Shown: positions 26,558 through 37,234 of the stretch, in pieces
Layout of the letters: every line of letters starts with the position of its first letter
How positions within the stretch are numbered: position 1 is the first letter of the stretch
Origin: Ruditapes philippinarum
Taxonomy: Eukaryota
Assembly (NCBI RefSeq): GCF_026571515.1
Contig: NW_026855186.1
Coordinates: 1 to 64,000, forward strand
Length of the DNA stretch: 64,000 bases
Direction: 5' to 3'
The notes under the pieces: model-generated
Seen by the model: only the letters and a program-made list of their open reading frames with translations
Told to the model about the DNA's origin: nothing
Database searches by the model: none
Made by a program: the position numbers and the translations under genes

Positions 26558-28439
26558 TTACTTAACTGATGAAATATCATAAACTACAATGTTGTAATCG
26601 ATCAATCTGCTAATACATATCTTAGTCATTTGTTGATTACAACAAACTGACAGTATTCCTTTCTGTACAGGTGCAGAAATCTTTTCCATCAGCAATGATG
26701 AAATACCCCCTTTTCTACTATCATCTTTTATGACCTCTCCCATCAGCTTGCCATCAGGTGTAAACTGTAAAACATTATTGGAGCCACATCCAGATACCAG
26801 CACACCACCTGCTTCGGTGAGATAACAACATGTAGCCCCCTTTAATTGTCTATCATTAAATAATGAAATAACCTGACCATTGTTGTCCAGTACTATCAGT
26901 CCATTATTGTAGTCAGCAACATAAATCCTAGTAGCATCCTGACTTACAGCTAAACTGTGTATGTCAGAGAAAAGCTTACGTCCTGACTGATCCTTACTGA
27001 ACTGATGAAGCTTCCTACCAGACAATGTATACATATATACATATGTCTGACTGTCTGAAATATATAAATTTTTGTTTGCATATGCAAGGCCATGACATAC
27101 AAAATCAGTGTTAAACCAATTAACTGTTTTCATTTGTCTTCCTAGTAGAGAAATGAAGTGAATTTCCTTTTTTGATTGAACAGTAACTGCTATTTGTGTG
27201 TATTTGATCAAACACACTTGCCATGGCTTTCCAGGTAGATCATAGTAGTCTGTGCCAGTATAGTTTGACTGTGTAGCCGTTTAAGCTTCCTGTTGTGATG
27301 ATCAGCAAGAATAATTGTACCATCTTCCATACAGCAAACACTTCTGATATTGCAAAATTCTTTATCAGACATAACTTTTACATTATATGATTGTTCTCCT
27401 TTAATATTCAATAGATTGTCAACAGTCTTTATAGATTTCTCTGATAGTGTACCTAGGGTTTTCTTTTGTTCCAGCTGTGTAAGAATTGCCCTATTAGGTT
27501 GAAAATCTACGTCTTCCACAATACTTTTTAATTTTATATCTGATATATATTTGTTGGCAACATTTGCCGTATTCTCTGCCATCTTAACATACACAAACAT
27601 TTCAGATTGATTTGTGTTTGTAGATGCTAATTTATCATTAGCTGATGTGATCATGGACTTGTTTGCCTGTAGTTGTTTTATTACAACGTCTATCTTGTCC
27701 TCAATACATTTGACTTTACTTTCTATCTCATCGATAGAACTGTTCTCCAGCTTGTCAAGAAGTTCATTGATTTCTTGACGGAATTGTCTGATATCAGCCA
27801 ATATTTCTACTTTCCTCTTTAGCAGCGTTTGTTTATCTTGTTTAAATCTATCAGCTTGTTTTGTTAGAACCTTGGCTATTTCCTTGAGTTTTGTTTGAAC
27901 TTCTCTTTGTGAATCTAGGTAATTGTGTGTTTTGAGAAATTCTGGTATGTAGAATGTATCCTTGCATAATCTGAAAAGTAAGATCAGACAGTTTATACAC
28001 ATGAGGCTATGGGATGACTGAGGAGATATTATGTTATTTATTGTAACATTTTTAAATTGAACATTTCAGATATGTTTGTAAAAAAAATAATACGTATATA
28101 TATTATTTTACCTATGATCAACTGCCATACATGTAGAACATCCAACATTATCATGGTTCTGACAGTACATATCAATATGTTTATGACTGTGTCTGTCACA
28201 TCTCTCTGCCGGTGCCCTGCGCACACCTTCGCTTGTTCTTGACGTAACTTGAGATTTATCCAACACCTTGTGACAAGCTAATACAGGTACTTCATTGTGA
28301 ACTTGAACACAACTTCTACAAAAGTAATCATGACAATCTACACTTCAGAGTTTTTGCCTTTATTTTTACACATTGAACATAGTACATCAAATATTTCATC
28401 TGATAGAGTATCCATATTTGTTTGTCCGCCAGTAGCCAT
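26558..28439 (-). pseudogene. RING-less TRIM-like gene (two B-boxes, coiled coil, NHL-like beta-propeller), frameshifted
   Basis: Exon 1 28439-28112: MATGG..CSMCKNKGKNSE [frameshift at ~28343] VDCHDYFCRSCVQVH..CDRHSHKHIDMYCQNHDNVGCSTCMAVDHR. GT-AG intron 28111-27971. Exon 2 27970-26558: coiled coil then propeller repeats, with a second frameshift at ~27265 joining ORFs 27208-28002 and 26558-27217. Confidence 0.85.
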
Positions 28440-29387
28440 ATTATAGTAATTGCATTGAAACGTGTTATCTGAACTGGTCTGTTTACGGATAACAGTGTGC
28501 CAAATTCGTTTTACAGTCCTTTTAAACATAGCAAGTAAATAATAATTAGTAATTTGTTTCAAACTTCTTTCACACCTGTAATGACATTTAACTTATTCCT
28601 TTTTCTCTTTTAAATGATAAATATCATCTCATATTGCTAAGTTATGTGGAAAGGTTCGCCATACTAAGATTATCAATAAAACGCCCTTTTACTTTATACA
28701 CAGTTGTATCTTTATCTGTTAAAATGTTGATACAAAGTCCACATTTATTTTATCTTCCAGATTGATAAACCTACCTAAGATACTAAGTTTTAATTGTTAA
28801 CATAGGCTGTAGTTATATTATACTAGCTTATTAAGAGTTGAAGAATGAATACCGCTTAATCATGTCCCATGAAGCTTTTGGGATGGAGCACTGTTCCATT
28901 ATGGCATTATCCCTATGAACAGACTCAATGAAACCAAGTCTGCAATTTTCATTTTTTGATCCAGGGATCCCGCCTTTTCAATATTTTAAAACATTAACGT
29001 GATGAAAGTAATAAAATATGATAAACAAGATCAACAAGGAAAGGCGGCGTTCAATGAACGCAACCCCCATATGACCCAGCAACAAGAACCAACGGCAAGG
29101 AGCCCAGGCGGACCCCGAACAAAAACAGGACAGGGCAAAGACAGAGCACGGACAGGTTAATCATTAAATGATAAATAATTTGGAACTGATTAGGAATTCA
29201 AAGAAAATAATAATAGGCCCACAAAGGGGACAGGAGACCGGGGGAAGGGGGGTGGGGGTAATTAAAGAAATAAAAACTAGAGGCAATGGGGAAGATACTT
29301 ACCGTAGACGAGAAAACAACAAGGGACACAAGCAAAAGTGTCACCAAAACAGTATGAAACAACATAGACATACATCTGAGGAACACA

Positions 29388-29482
29388 GTGGGGCGCCGCC
29401 TTGGAACGGTCAGCAGCATAATAATGACTGCTGGGGAGTTTAAACCGGTTAATGGTGCACCAAACCTCGCTCTTAGCCCCAC
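29388..29482 (-). ncRNA. Candidate twister-like self-cleaving ribozyme, type-P5 permutation
   Basis: Manual fold: P5 GUGGGGC/GCCCCAC; P2 GAGC/ACUC; L1 GAGGU and UUU^AA; P1 UUGGU/ACCGG; P3 CAGCAG/CUGCUG; bridging A; P4 CCG/CGG; 8-nt L4 UUCCAAGG able to form both pseudoknots. Confidence 0.6.
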
Positions 29483-29700
29483 CATGTTCCTATAAACGAG
29501 ACAGTGTAAATAAAATGAATCCCCGCCAAGTGAAATTCTAACAGTTGTCATGGTTACAAAAGGTTAAATAAGTAAAACACTAAAATGATCATGTAGAAAC
29601 ATATAAAAGTAAACCCAATGACCATAACAAAAGTACTCAATGTCCTAAAGGAAGACAGAGCAACAAGAAAATCACCTACAAGGGCCCGACGAAGCAAGGC

Positions 29701-29759
29701 AGAAGACGAACATTAAGACAATTCAGTCCCAAAGGGCTTTACGAACTATCCATCATAGA
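29701..29759 (-). promoter_or_regulatory. SECIS-like hairpin, split from its helix-I 5' strand (30059-30065) by an insertion
   Basis: AUGAU, 10-bp helix GGAUAGUUCG/UGAAUUGUCU, unpaired AAA, mini-stem CCC-UUU-GGG; 3' core reads UAAU rather than UGAU. Confidence 0.5.
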
Positions 29760-30051
29760 ATAGATAAATACAGAATCCCTAAAGAAAGCCCAACACGGCA
29801 AAATTGAAAATGTTGCAGGCTCGGTTTGATTGAGCCTGTTCATGGACGGTACTGGAAAGTGCAAGTTACCGTCCACGCCCCCTAGCACCGGCTTAAGCAG
29901 AATTCAACATTTAAACATGAAATAGTAAAATTTTGAATTTAGAAACATCCGCAGATGTGTTCATACGGCGGTTATCATGGAACCTTCAATGTGACACTTC
30001 CGTGCCATTCCATGAAAAGCGGCGTATGGTCCCCAAGTAATAAAAAGCGTC
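29760..30051 (-). mobile_element. 292-bp structured short interspersed element, copy A
   Basis: Flanked by 7-bp direct repeat TCATAGA (29753-29759, 30052-30058); absent at the homologous site of the second retroelement copy (~44400). Orientation is arbitrary. Confidence 0.85.
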
Positions 30052-30644
30052 TCATAGAGTCTCCCACTTGGTCCGTCAGATGCAATCAAAAGAGGAAAGC
30101 GTAGTGTCCAACTGTAAAAGGATTGAACACTAAACATGCAGTATGTCTTAAAATAGTAGGGTCACAACCTCTTTTAATAAAACGTTTAATGATGTTAGTA
30201 AAAACAGCAGAAAATTATTATGACCAAAAATCTTACAAAGTGGTTTGTAAATCACATCACCATAAAATTCAGATTACGAAGAATTGTTTAAAAGCGCTAT
30301 TGAATTTTGAAATTAAATCAAAATTACGATTGTAAACTTTTGTAAAATATTTCCGTAATTTATGATAGCGGTTGCCCTGCTTAAAAAACTTGCTAGTAAT
30401 GAAAATATTACGCTCGTTGTTATCCTTTACGTTGCTACAAGCTCTAGCGAATCTAATTAACTGAGAAACATAAACCCCGTAAGATGTTGCATGGGGTACG
30501 TCTCCATCTAAATGTGGATAATTAACTATACAAAAGTCAAAGTCATCTCTTTTATCATAGATTTTCGTGTGAATAGAATTGTTGTTGATAGTAATATGCA
30601 GATCCAAAAATGATGTATTAAATTTCAAGAGTTCGTTTTATTAA

Positions 30645-30936
30645 ACACGCTTTTTATTGCTTGGGGACCATACGCCGCTTTTCATGGAATGGCACTTAAG
30701 TGTCACATTGAAGGTTCCATGATAACCGCCGTATGAACACATTTGCGGATGTTTCTAAATTCAAAATTTTACTATTTCACGTTTAAATGTTGAATTCTGC
30801 TTAAGCCGGTGCTAGGGGGCGTGGACGGTAATTTGCACTTTCCAGTACCGTCCATGAACAGGCTCAATCAAACCGAGCCTGCAACATTTTCAGTTTTGCC
30901 GTGTTGGGCTTTCTTTAGGGATTTTGTATTTATCTA
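30645..30936 (+). mobile_element. 292-bp structured short interspersed element, copy B
   Basis: Near-identical inverted copy of 29760-30051; 9-bp direct repeat TTTTATTAA (30636-30644, 30937-30945); interrupts the RT frame at ..LQLNK/TNS. Confidence 0.88.
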
Positions 30937-33900
30937 TTTTATTAAGTTGTAGTTCATGCGGATAAATGTCAGACACCATTTGATCAAAATAAGGATTATC
31001 TAAATTAAAAATATCATCAAGGTATCTGGAAGTATTATTAAATGCGACTATAACATCTTGTTGTTTATCTTCAGAGAGACTCAACATAAAGTCTCTTTCA
31101 TAGAAGTACAAAAACAAATCGGCGACCAGGGGTGCACAATTAGTACCCATAGGAATTCCTATGATCTGTTTAAATAGGGTATTACCAAACCTGACATAAA
31201 TGTTGTCTAAAAGAAAAGAGAGTGCTCTACAAACTTCGTCACAGGTCCACATAGTATAATGTTTAACAATACCGTTAGTAAAAAAAGCTTTGTTAGAATT
31301 ACATGCTAGAAAGGTAACTTTTTCCCAAACGAAACCCAAAACGAAAATAACCCGATCAGCTAGAAGAAAATGTTTTTCATTGACATAATCATATAACAAG
31401 AAATGTAAACCACCAATAAGATATTTTGAAAAATCCCTATACTGACTGCTTAGTTTAATTTTTATTTTGACGTGTCTATTACTAATAATGGGCTAATAAA
31501 TCAAAACAGATGCAAGTCCTGCATACACAGTCTGCAATGTAATACATGTAATGAAAACGTGTATGCAACTTCTTAATTAAAACTGTGGTTGCAATATTGT
31601 ACTGTGAGACAAAATGATGATATACAACAAATTAGTGTTGTAATATTTCTGGTCCTTCGTGATCATTGATTCGTTGAAATTTGAGTACCGCTTAAGCCGG
31701 TGCTAGGGGTGTGAGAAATGTTGCACTTTTTCATTACGTACAGACTCAATCAAACCGAGTCTGTCAATTTTCATGTAATTGTGTTGTGATTAATTTTTCC
31801 GAGGGATATCCAGATTTTTAATTTATTTTTATGCGACAGTTTCAAAATAATAAACGAAATAAATATAGAATCGAGGTAAAACAATCAGATTTATTGGTAA
31901 GCATTCAACTAGACTAATTATTAAGACCCAGTTTTCTAGAAAATAGTCTATTGGTGTAGTAGTCCAAAGCGTAAAAAAACCTGTTAGCAACATAACTTAT
32001 AAAAGCATTCAACAAAGAATAATTATCAAATGTAATCAATGACAGAATACTTTGACCTAAAGTAAAAAGTTTCTTTTTTTCTGCAGAAAAAGTTGACTTT
32101 CCATCTAACCAAGGCAGCTACTATTGCGGGGGTCTAGCTTATGGAACATCTTGAGATGTTAGAGTGAATTTAACCGAGTCTGCAACATTTTCGATTTTGA
32201 CTTGTTGGACACTTTTTAGGGATGCTGTTTTCCTCTATTTTACAGTCGCATTAGTGATATTTTTGCCGTGTGGTGGCTGTAAGAATTTGTCATTCACCAA
32301 AACATTAATATAATCTAAGATTAAATTCTTAATTTTATAAGTAATATATATGTCTCAGATTTATGGCAGAGAAAGTGATGTCAAAATCCTAAACCACAAA
32401 GCCAAAAATTGTATTTTTATTGTAATGTGCATTGTCACTTTTGCACGTTGCGTTTTCGCTAGCGACAACATAACAAATCTCATTTTCGTCTTGCGTCTTG
32501 TCGCTACCCGACATTGCTTTATGAATAGTAGCATATATGCATAATGCTATGTAGTTTTAAATTGTGTTATTTTGTTCAGCCACTTGGCAACCTCGATTCT
32601 AATTGATACTAATTGAAAATGTCGCGTAACTGAATTCTCCTCGCTGATTTTCTATCATTAGGTTTGTTGTTGGTTTAATTTGGAGTCATTAGCTTCTACA
32701 AGCTTGTTAAAGAAAAAAGGCTTTTAATCAACACAAGTTAACGATAATATTTTTTATTTAAAAATTCTCTGTATTAAACGAAGCAATCAAAATAACTCCA
32801 TTGATTGAAGTTATTACGAATGGATGCTTGCTTTTTTTTCGAGCATCATAAGCAGCTTTAGATTATTTTCTCTTTTCGGAACATTAATGAACCAGATGTA
32901 TATTAACCATTTTCCGGCTTAACAACCTTGTCAAAAGCATTCACCATTTAAGAAAAATAAAAATAAGAACTGATTGAATAGCTAACAATGCAGACCACGA
33001 TCACACATGTTACTGCTAGATTAGTTTGCGCTGGTTGCATAGTTATATTCAATTGCCAAGATCAACAGGTGGTGTTATTTACACCCCAGTAAATTGATGA
33101 AGGAATGGCGTAATTTACTCCCAAGTAAATTGATACCGTAAATTTTACAAGGTGTGATTGAACAAAAACAATGACGTCACGATTATATTATTAGTTATAA
33201 ATATTTTGATAGTTTTGTTTTGCCCTATATAAACGATTGTTTGCATATATAACCTGAGCGAGGTAATATTGTAAACAACTGTTTATATGCGCCCATATTA
33301 CCAGCCAGATGCCTTAAAATCGAATTTATAATACAGCAACATCCATTTTTAGAGAAAAGTAAGATGTTTTGGTAAATTGACAGCTGCCGAGTATACAAAA
33401 TATATAAACGTCACGAAATGCATAAATGTAAAAGAAACAGTGAATTTGAGAGAAGAAGCCGTACGTTATCACGATCAACACGGGAGAGGAAGTGTTACAC
33501 GAGCGATCGAGTTCTTATGATAACTTGTCAAGGAGTTCTTGTGATAACTGTCACGGAGTTCGTCAGAAAACTATTGTATATACTGCAAAAACACTCGTCA
33601 AAATGGTAATTTTCATCTTTAAACAGTGACTTTTAGGTGCTAAATTAATCTTTCAGTTATCATAAGAACTCCATCCATCGTGTAACAATTCCTCCTCCGT
33701 GGATCAAACCGGTGGAAAATTCTCTCGCTTCGAATCTGGTAACGCGCATTTCAGATGAAGTACGGGACGAAACATCATGACAAAAAGTCCCGTGTGTCCG
33801 GAAAATTGTGGAGAAGGTTATCGTATGTACCTTTACACCAGGACATCATGAATTATGGGAAAAAAAAGAGGAAAACACTACTTTTCGGCGGCATCTGCCA

Positions 33901-33980
33901 TCTTGTTTGTTTGGGAAACGAACGGCGTGATTTCCCCCGTCCTTATGAAACGTCTGGTTCCCTTTCGTATCAGAAATAAT

Positions 33981-35092
33981 GGAATGTCAGACGTTTCACT
34001 CCCAAGACGTTTCACTATTGAGACGTTTCACTCCCAAGACGGTTCACACCTAGACGTTTCACTCCCATTTTGTCAATTGTATGGACGTTTCACTCCCAAT
34101 TTTTAGACATGTTTACTTAGAAAGTTAACAAATTTTAATTTTATTAATATCAAACAGTGTAAAAAGGAAATTTAATTTAATGTTTCATTTTGTTGATTTC
34201 AGTGGTATTGTTAATACGAATTATTAGAAGATTACTCTTTAATTATGGGTTGTGATAAGAGGTGTAAATGAAAGACACATTTCTGAAATATCACTTTTAT
34301 TATAAGTGTAACAACATAAGAAAATTCTATTTATAGTAAAATATAAAAAAAAGAATAACATAGAAAGGACAATGTCAAATACATATTATAAGTATCAGTT
34401 TAAATATTAAAATCACTACCAGTAAGTAATTAATATTATTCAAATAATAAAAAATTTCAGTATATTAAAAATATTGACTATAATTTATAATGATTTTTTG
34501 TAAGTCTAAAACATTTTTTGTAGGTCTAAAACAATGAAATGCGAAACATGTGTATAAAATACATTATTTTTTAAAATTACTTTCTTCATCAATTTATTAA
34601 ACAGTAGCCATTAAACAAACTTAAGTGAATGTGGTGTTATCTCATCGCCTAATTAGTTGTATAAACACTGAGACAATCAACTAACAGTTTGACACCACTA
34701 TTAAATCAGTTGTATAAACACTGCACTTAAGCATCAGTGTTCAAATTTAAACAGAAAGTTCTCCATAAGTTTTGATTACATAATAATGAATTTTAGTCAC
34801 AAAAAAATGATTATACATGACAAATATTAAAAAAGTCCCGGTGTTTCTAACTTAATTTAAAGATATTTCTGATTTCAATGGCCATTAAAATTTTTGACAT
34901 ATATCGCAAAAGCTCTATGCTAGCATTAAATAATTTTAGGTCTATTTTAGTATATCATAAGTATCCAAATGATTTTGGTATAATAAAGGGAGTGAAACGT
35001 CTTCAAGACGTTTCACTCCCATTTGGGAGTGAAACGTCTTGGTGTGAATCGTCTTGGTGTGAACCGTCTCAATAGTGAAACGTCTGTCTACC
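33981..35092. mobile_element. Non-autonomous TIR element with modular subterminal repeats (Mutator/hAT-like by TSD length)
   Basis: Arrays of ~15-bp AGACGTTTCACTCCC at left and their reverse complement at right; 8-bp TSD GAAATAAT (33973-33980, 35093-35100). Confidence 0.85.
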
Positions 35093-35185
35093 GAAATAAT
35101 GCACTGAGGGAAACCTGAAGTCTTCCTCCACCAGTAAAACTAGAAAATCACCATATGATCTTTACAGTGTTGGTGCGACAAAAAG
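35093..35185 (+). mobile_element. 3' fragment of the tRNA-SINE family
   Basis: GAAATAATGCAC..GTCTTCCTCCACCAGTAAA..ATATGA matches the SINE 3' half; the adjoining upstream part lies at ~33940-33980. Confidence 0.7.
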
Positions 35186-35229
35186 ATTAGTATAACAGAA
35201 ATATTTTTTTGCGAATAAATAGCTTTGAT

Positions 35230-35505
35230 ATACAATGCATTGCAATGCAAACAATACCATGCAATGTAGAACAATACAATGAATTACAATTCAAAATGCA
35301 ATACAATCAAGAACAGCACAACACAGCACAACACAACACAGCAAAAAAATTAAAATTGAATACAACACAGCACAATGCAACATTATACTACACAATAAAA
35401 TACAATAAAAATACAAAACACCACAACTCAATACAGTACAAAAAAGTAAAAAACAAAACATCACAACGCAACACAATGCACAAATAGATGCAATGTAAAT
35501 ACAAA
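35230..35505. repeat. Degenerate pentanucleotide (CAATA/CAACA)n tract
   Basis: Direct inspection. Confidence 0.8.
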
Positions 35506-36088
35506 ATCAATTAATGACATAACTTCGGTTGTATACAATAACAATGAACAACTATGTAATGTTATTGCGGGACATTTTAACAATATTTATTGCAGAATTA
35601 AACGTGTCAGTTTATTAAACATGTTTTAAAAACATGAAGTTTGTTCAGAACATGCTAAAAACTGTTATGCAGATCTAAATGAAGAAAATAAATCAAAATT
35701 AGTCTGATTTAGTAAAAGATTATTTGCTCTATGTTTTGCATTAACACCAGAGTCATTATCCGCCTAGTTGATATCTGATATCATCTACTTTAAAAAACAA
35801 AAGAAAAAACAATGTGATAAACAAAATTATTTCTACAACATGCTAAGACATATAATTGGTTTTTTATAAAGAATGTTCATTTATATTTCAGATATAATTT
35901 TCATTGGCGTCTTAAGCATGAATAACGCCGCGTGTTGAAGCCGATATAATTTAAAATAAATCTAACGAGTTATTCTGATAGGTAAAGGACAAAACATTGG
36001 TTTTACGCTATACTTTTACCATACTTTTCTTTTGATATATATATATTGTTTCTCAGACGGTTTGATCATACAAGTTGAGGATTTCAAG

Positions 36089-37234
36089 ATGGAGAATAAC
36101 ACATCATCAATTTATAATGCATCAGATTTTAATGCGAATAGAACTTACGCGGATATTCCGGACTGGGCAAATATATCTGGAATTATTTTTATGACCCTAG
36201 TGACGATAGCTGGAATTGCCGGGAATAGCCTAATCATAGTAGTGCAGTTGAAAACCCGCGACAAAACAAGTACGGACTTTCTAGTTTTAGCGATGGCGGC
36301 TTTTGAGCTTTATTGCTCTGGAATCAACAACAGTCTAAGTGTGCTTCGTAGTTTCAGAATTATTTGGACATCGATTGTTTCCTCGTCGGTGTGCTGTTTT
36401 GAAACATTTTCTATTTATCTAACAAGTATATCAACAACATTTCTGCTCACGGCAACAGCTTTGGACCGATATATTCAAACTTGTAAACCACTAAACAGTT
36501 ATTATTCCAAATCAAACGCTAAATGGATCTGTTTGACCTTGGTTGTATCAAGTGTTATTCTTTCAGCACCGAGCATTGGAATCATTACAGCAGACATGGA
36601 AAGCCTTGACTGTGTAAGGAATATGGAAAATATTGTACTAGCAACTATTTTCGATCTATTTCTGTCAGCTGCATTCCTTGCAATGTTTGTCATTGTCGTC
36701 GTTTGTTATTCGAAAGTCACGATAATGTTACGTAGACGTCGCCGTCAGAAAGAGATGGTAACAAACACGTGCACAAGTGGGACGTATCCTTTAGCTGTAC
36801 GCCAGCAATTGAAAATTCCTAGAAACAAAGTATGCCCAACATCGACACAAGAGACTCTCGAGAACTGCCCGAGTACAGACGTGATGGAAGATGACACAAA
36901 CAACGCGCATGAATTACATTCTCAAGAGGTGAGTCAGGTATCGGCTGCAAGCCAAACAACTGGTCAAGCGGCTATCCGAAAGAACCGGTCTGAACGGAAG
37001 ATTCTGAACCGAACAACCCTGATCATGTTCCTAATAACAACGATCTATATTTTAACCTGGCTGATTCACTTCATTGTCGTCTGGATTGTGCCACCTATGA
37101 CCTCTAGTGGCAGAGCAGTTCTTCACCTTGTAGCGGGCCTGTACAGAATAAATTGTATGACGAATGCGATATTCTATATAACAATGAGTTCGAGATTTAG
37201 ACAGAATGCCAAAAAGCTTTTTCGTCGGCATTAG
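36089..37234 (+). CDS. Orphan rhodopsin-class (class A) GPCR, uninterrupted CDS, 381 aa
   Basis: Seven hydrophobic segments, N-terminal N-glycosylation sequons, TM1 GN, TM3 DRY, TM5 CYSKV, TM7 NAIFY, helix 8 SSRFR. First ATG at 36089; probable 5'UTR intron 35982-36056. Confidence 0.93.
   Translation: MENNTSSIYNASDFNANRTYADIPDWANISGIIFMTLVTIAGIAGNSLIIVVQLKTRDKTSTDFLVLAMAAFELYCSGINNSLSVLRSFRIIWTSIVSSSVCCFETFSIYLTSISTTFLLTATALDRYIQTCKPLNSYYSKSNAKWICLTLVVSSVILSAPSIGIITADMESLDCVRNMENIVLATIFDLFLSAAFLAMFVIVVVCYSKVTIMLRRRRRQKEMVTNTCTSGTYPLAVRQQLKIPRNKVCPTSTQETLENCPSTDVMEDDTNNAHELHSQEVSQVSAASQTTGQAAIRKNRSERKILNRTTLIMFLITTIYILTWLIHFIVVWIVPPMTSSGRAVLHLVAGLYRINCMTNAIFYITMSSRFRQNAKKLFRRH

Larger units (their letters stand above)
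29014..31340 (-). mobile_element. Penelope-like retroelement (probably Naiad-type), 5'-truncated and decayed
   Basis: RT motifs QIIGIPMGTNCAPLVADLFLY, RYLDD, SFLDL, TKIYDKRDDFDF, YGVYVSQLIRFARACS; C-terminal ..LRHTACLVFNPFTVGHYAFLF then TGA (30088-30086); ~1 kb 3' region shared with the copy at 43699; interrupted by two 292-bp insertions. Confidence 0.85.

Noticed and set aside
30086-30088. In-frame TGA as a selenocysteine codon (also TGA at 30625-30627)
   Set aside because: The first is only ~20 nt from the SECIS-like stem, too close for typical recoding, so it is more likely the true stop. The second sits next to a frameshift in a decayed copy.
30785-30890. Pistol or hammerhead ribozyme in the 292-bp element (GCTTAAGCC resembles a pistol segment)
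   Set aside because: The required pseudoknot, GCG and P3 of pistol are missing, and no CUGANGA/GAAA hammerhead core was found on either strand.
29760-30936. A single fold-back transposon with 292-bp TIRs that captured RT sequence
   Set aside because: Each arm has its own TSD and the host retroelement sequence is continuous across both, so these are two separate insertions.
33981-35092. Short regularly spaced repeats resembling a CRISPR array (also 8881-8996)
   Set aside because: No unique spacers and no cas genes; eukaryotic context; they are TIR subterminal repeats and a plain tandem repeat.
35209-35487. Gln/Asn/His-rich ORF
   Set aside because: Translation of the pentanucleotide low-complexity tract.
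36032-36088. N-terminal extension of the first GPCR from the ORF-track TTG start
   Set aside because: Overlaps a polypyrimidine tract and acceptor (TTTCTCAG ending 36056); the ATG at 36089 matches the paralog's N-terminal length.
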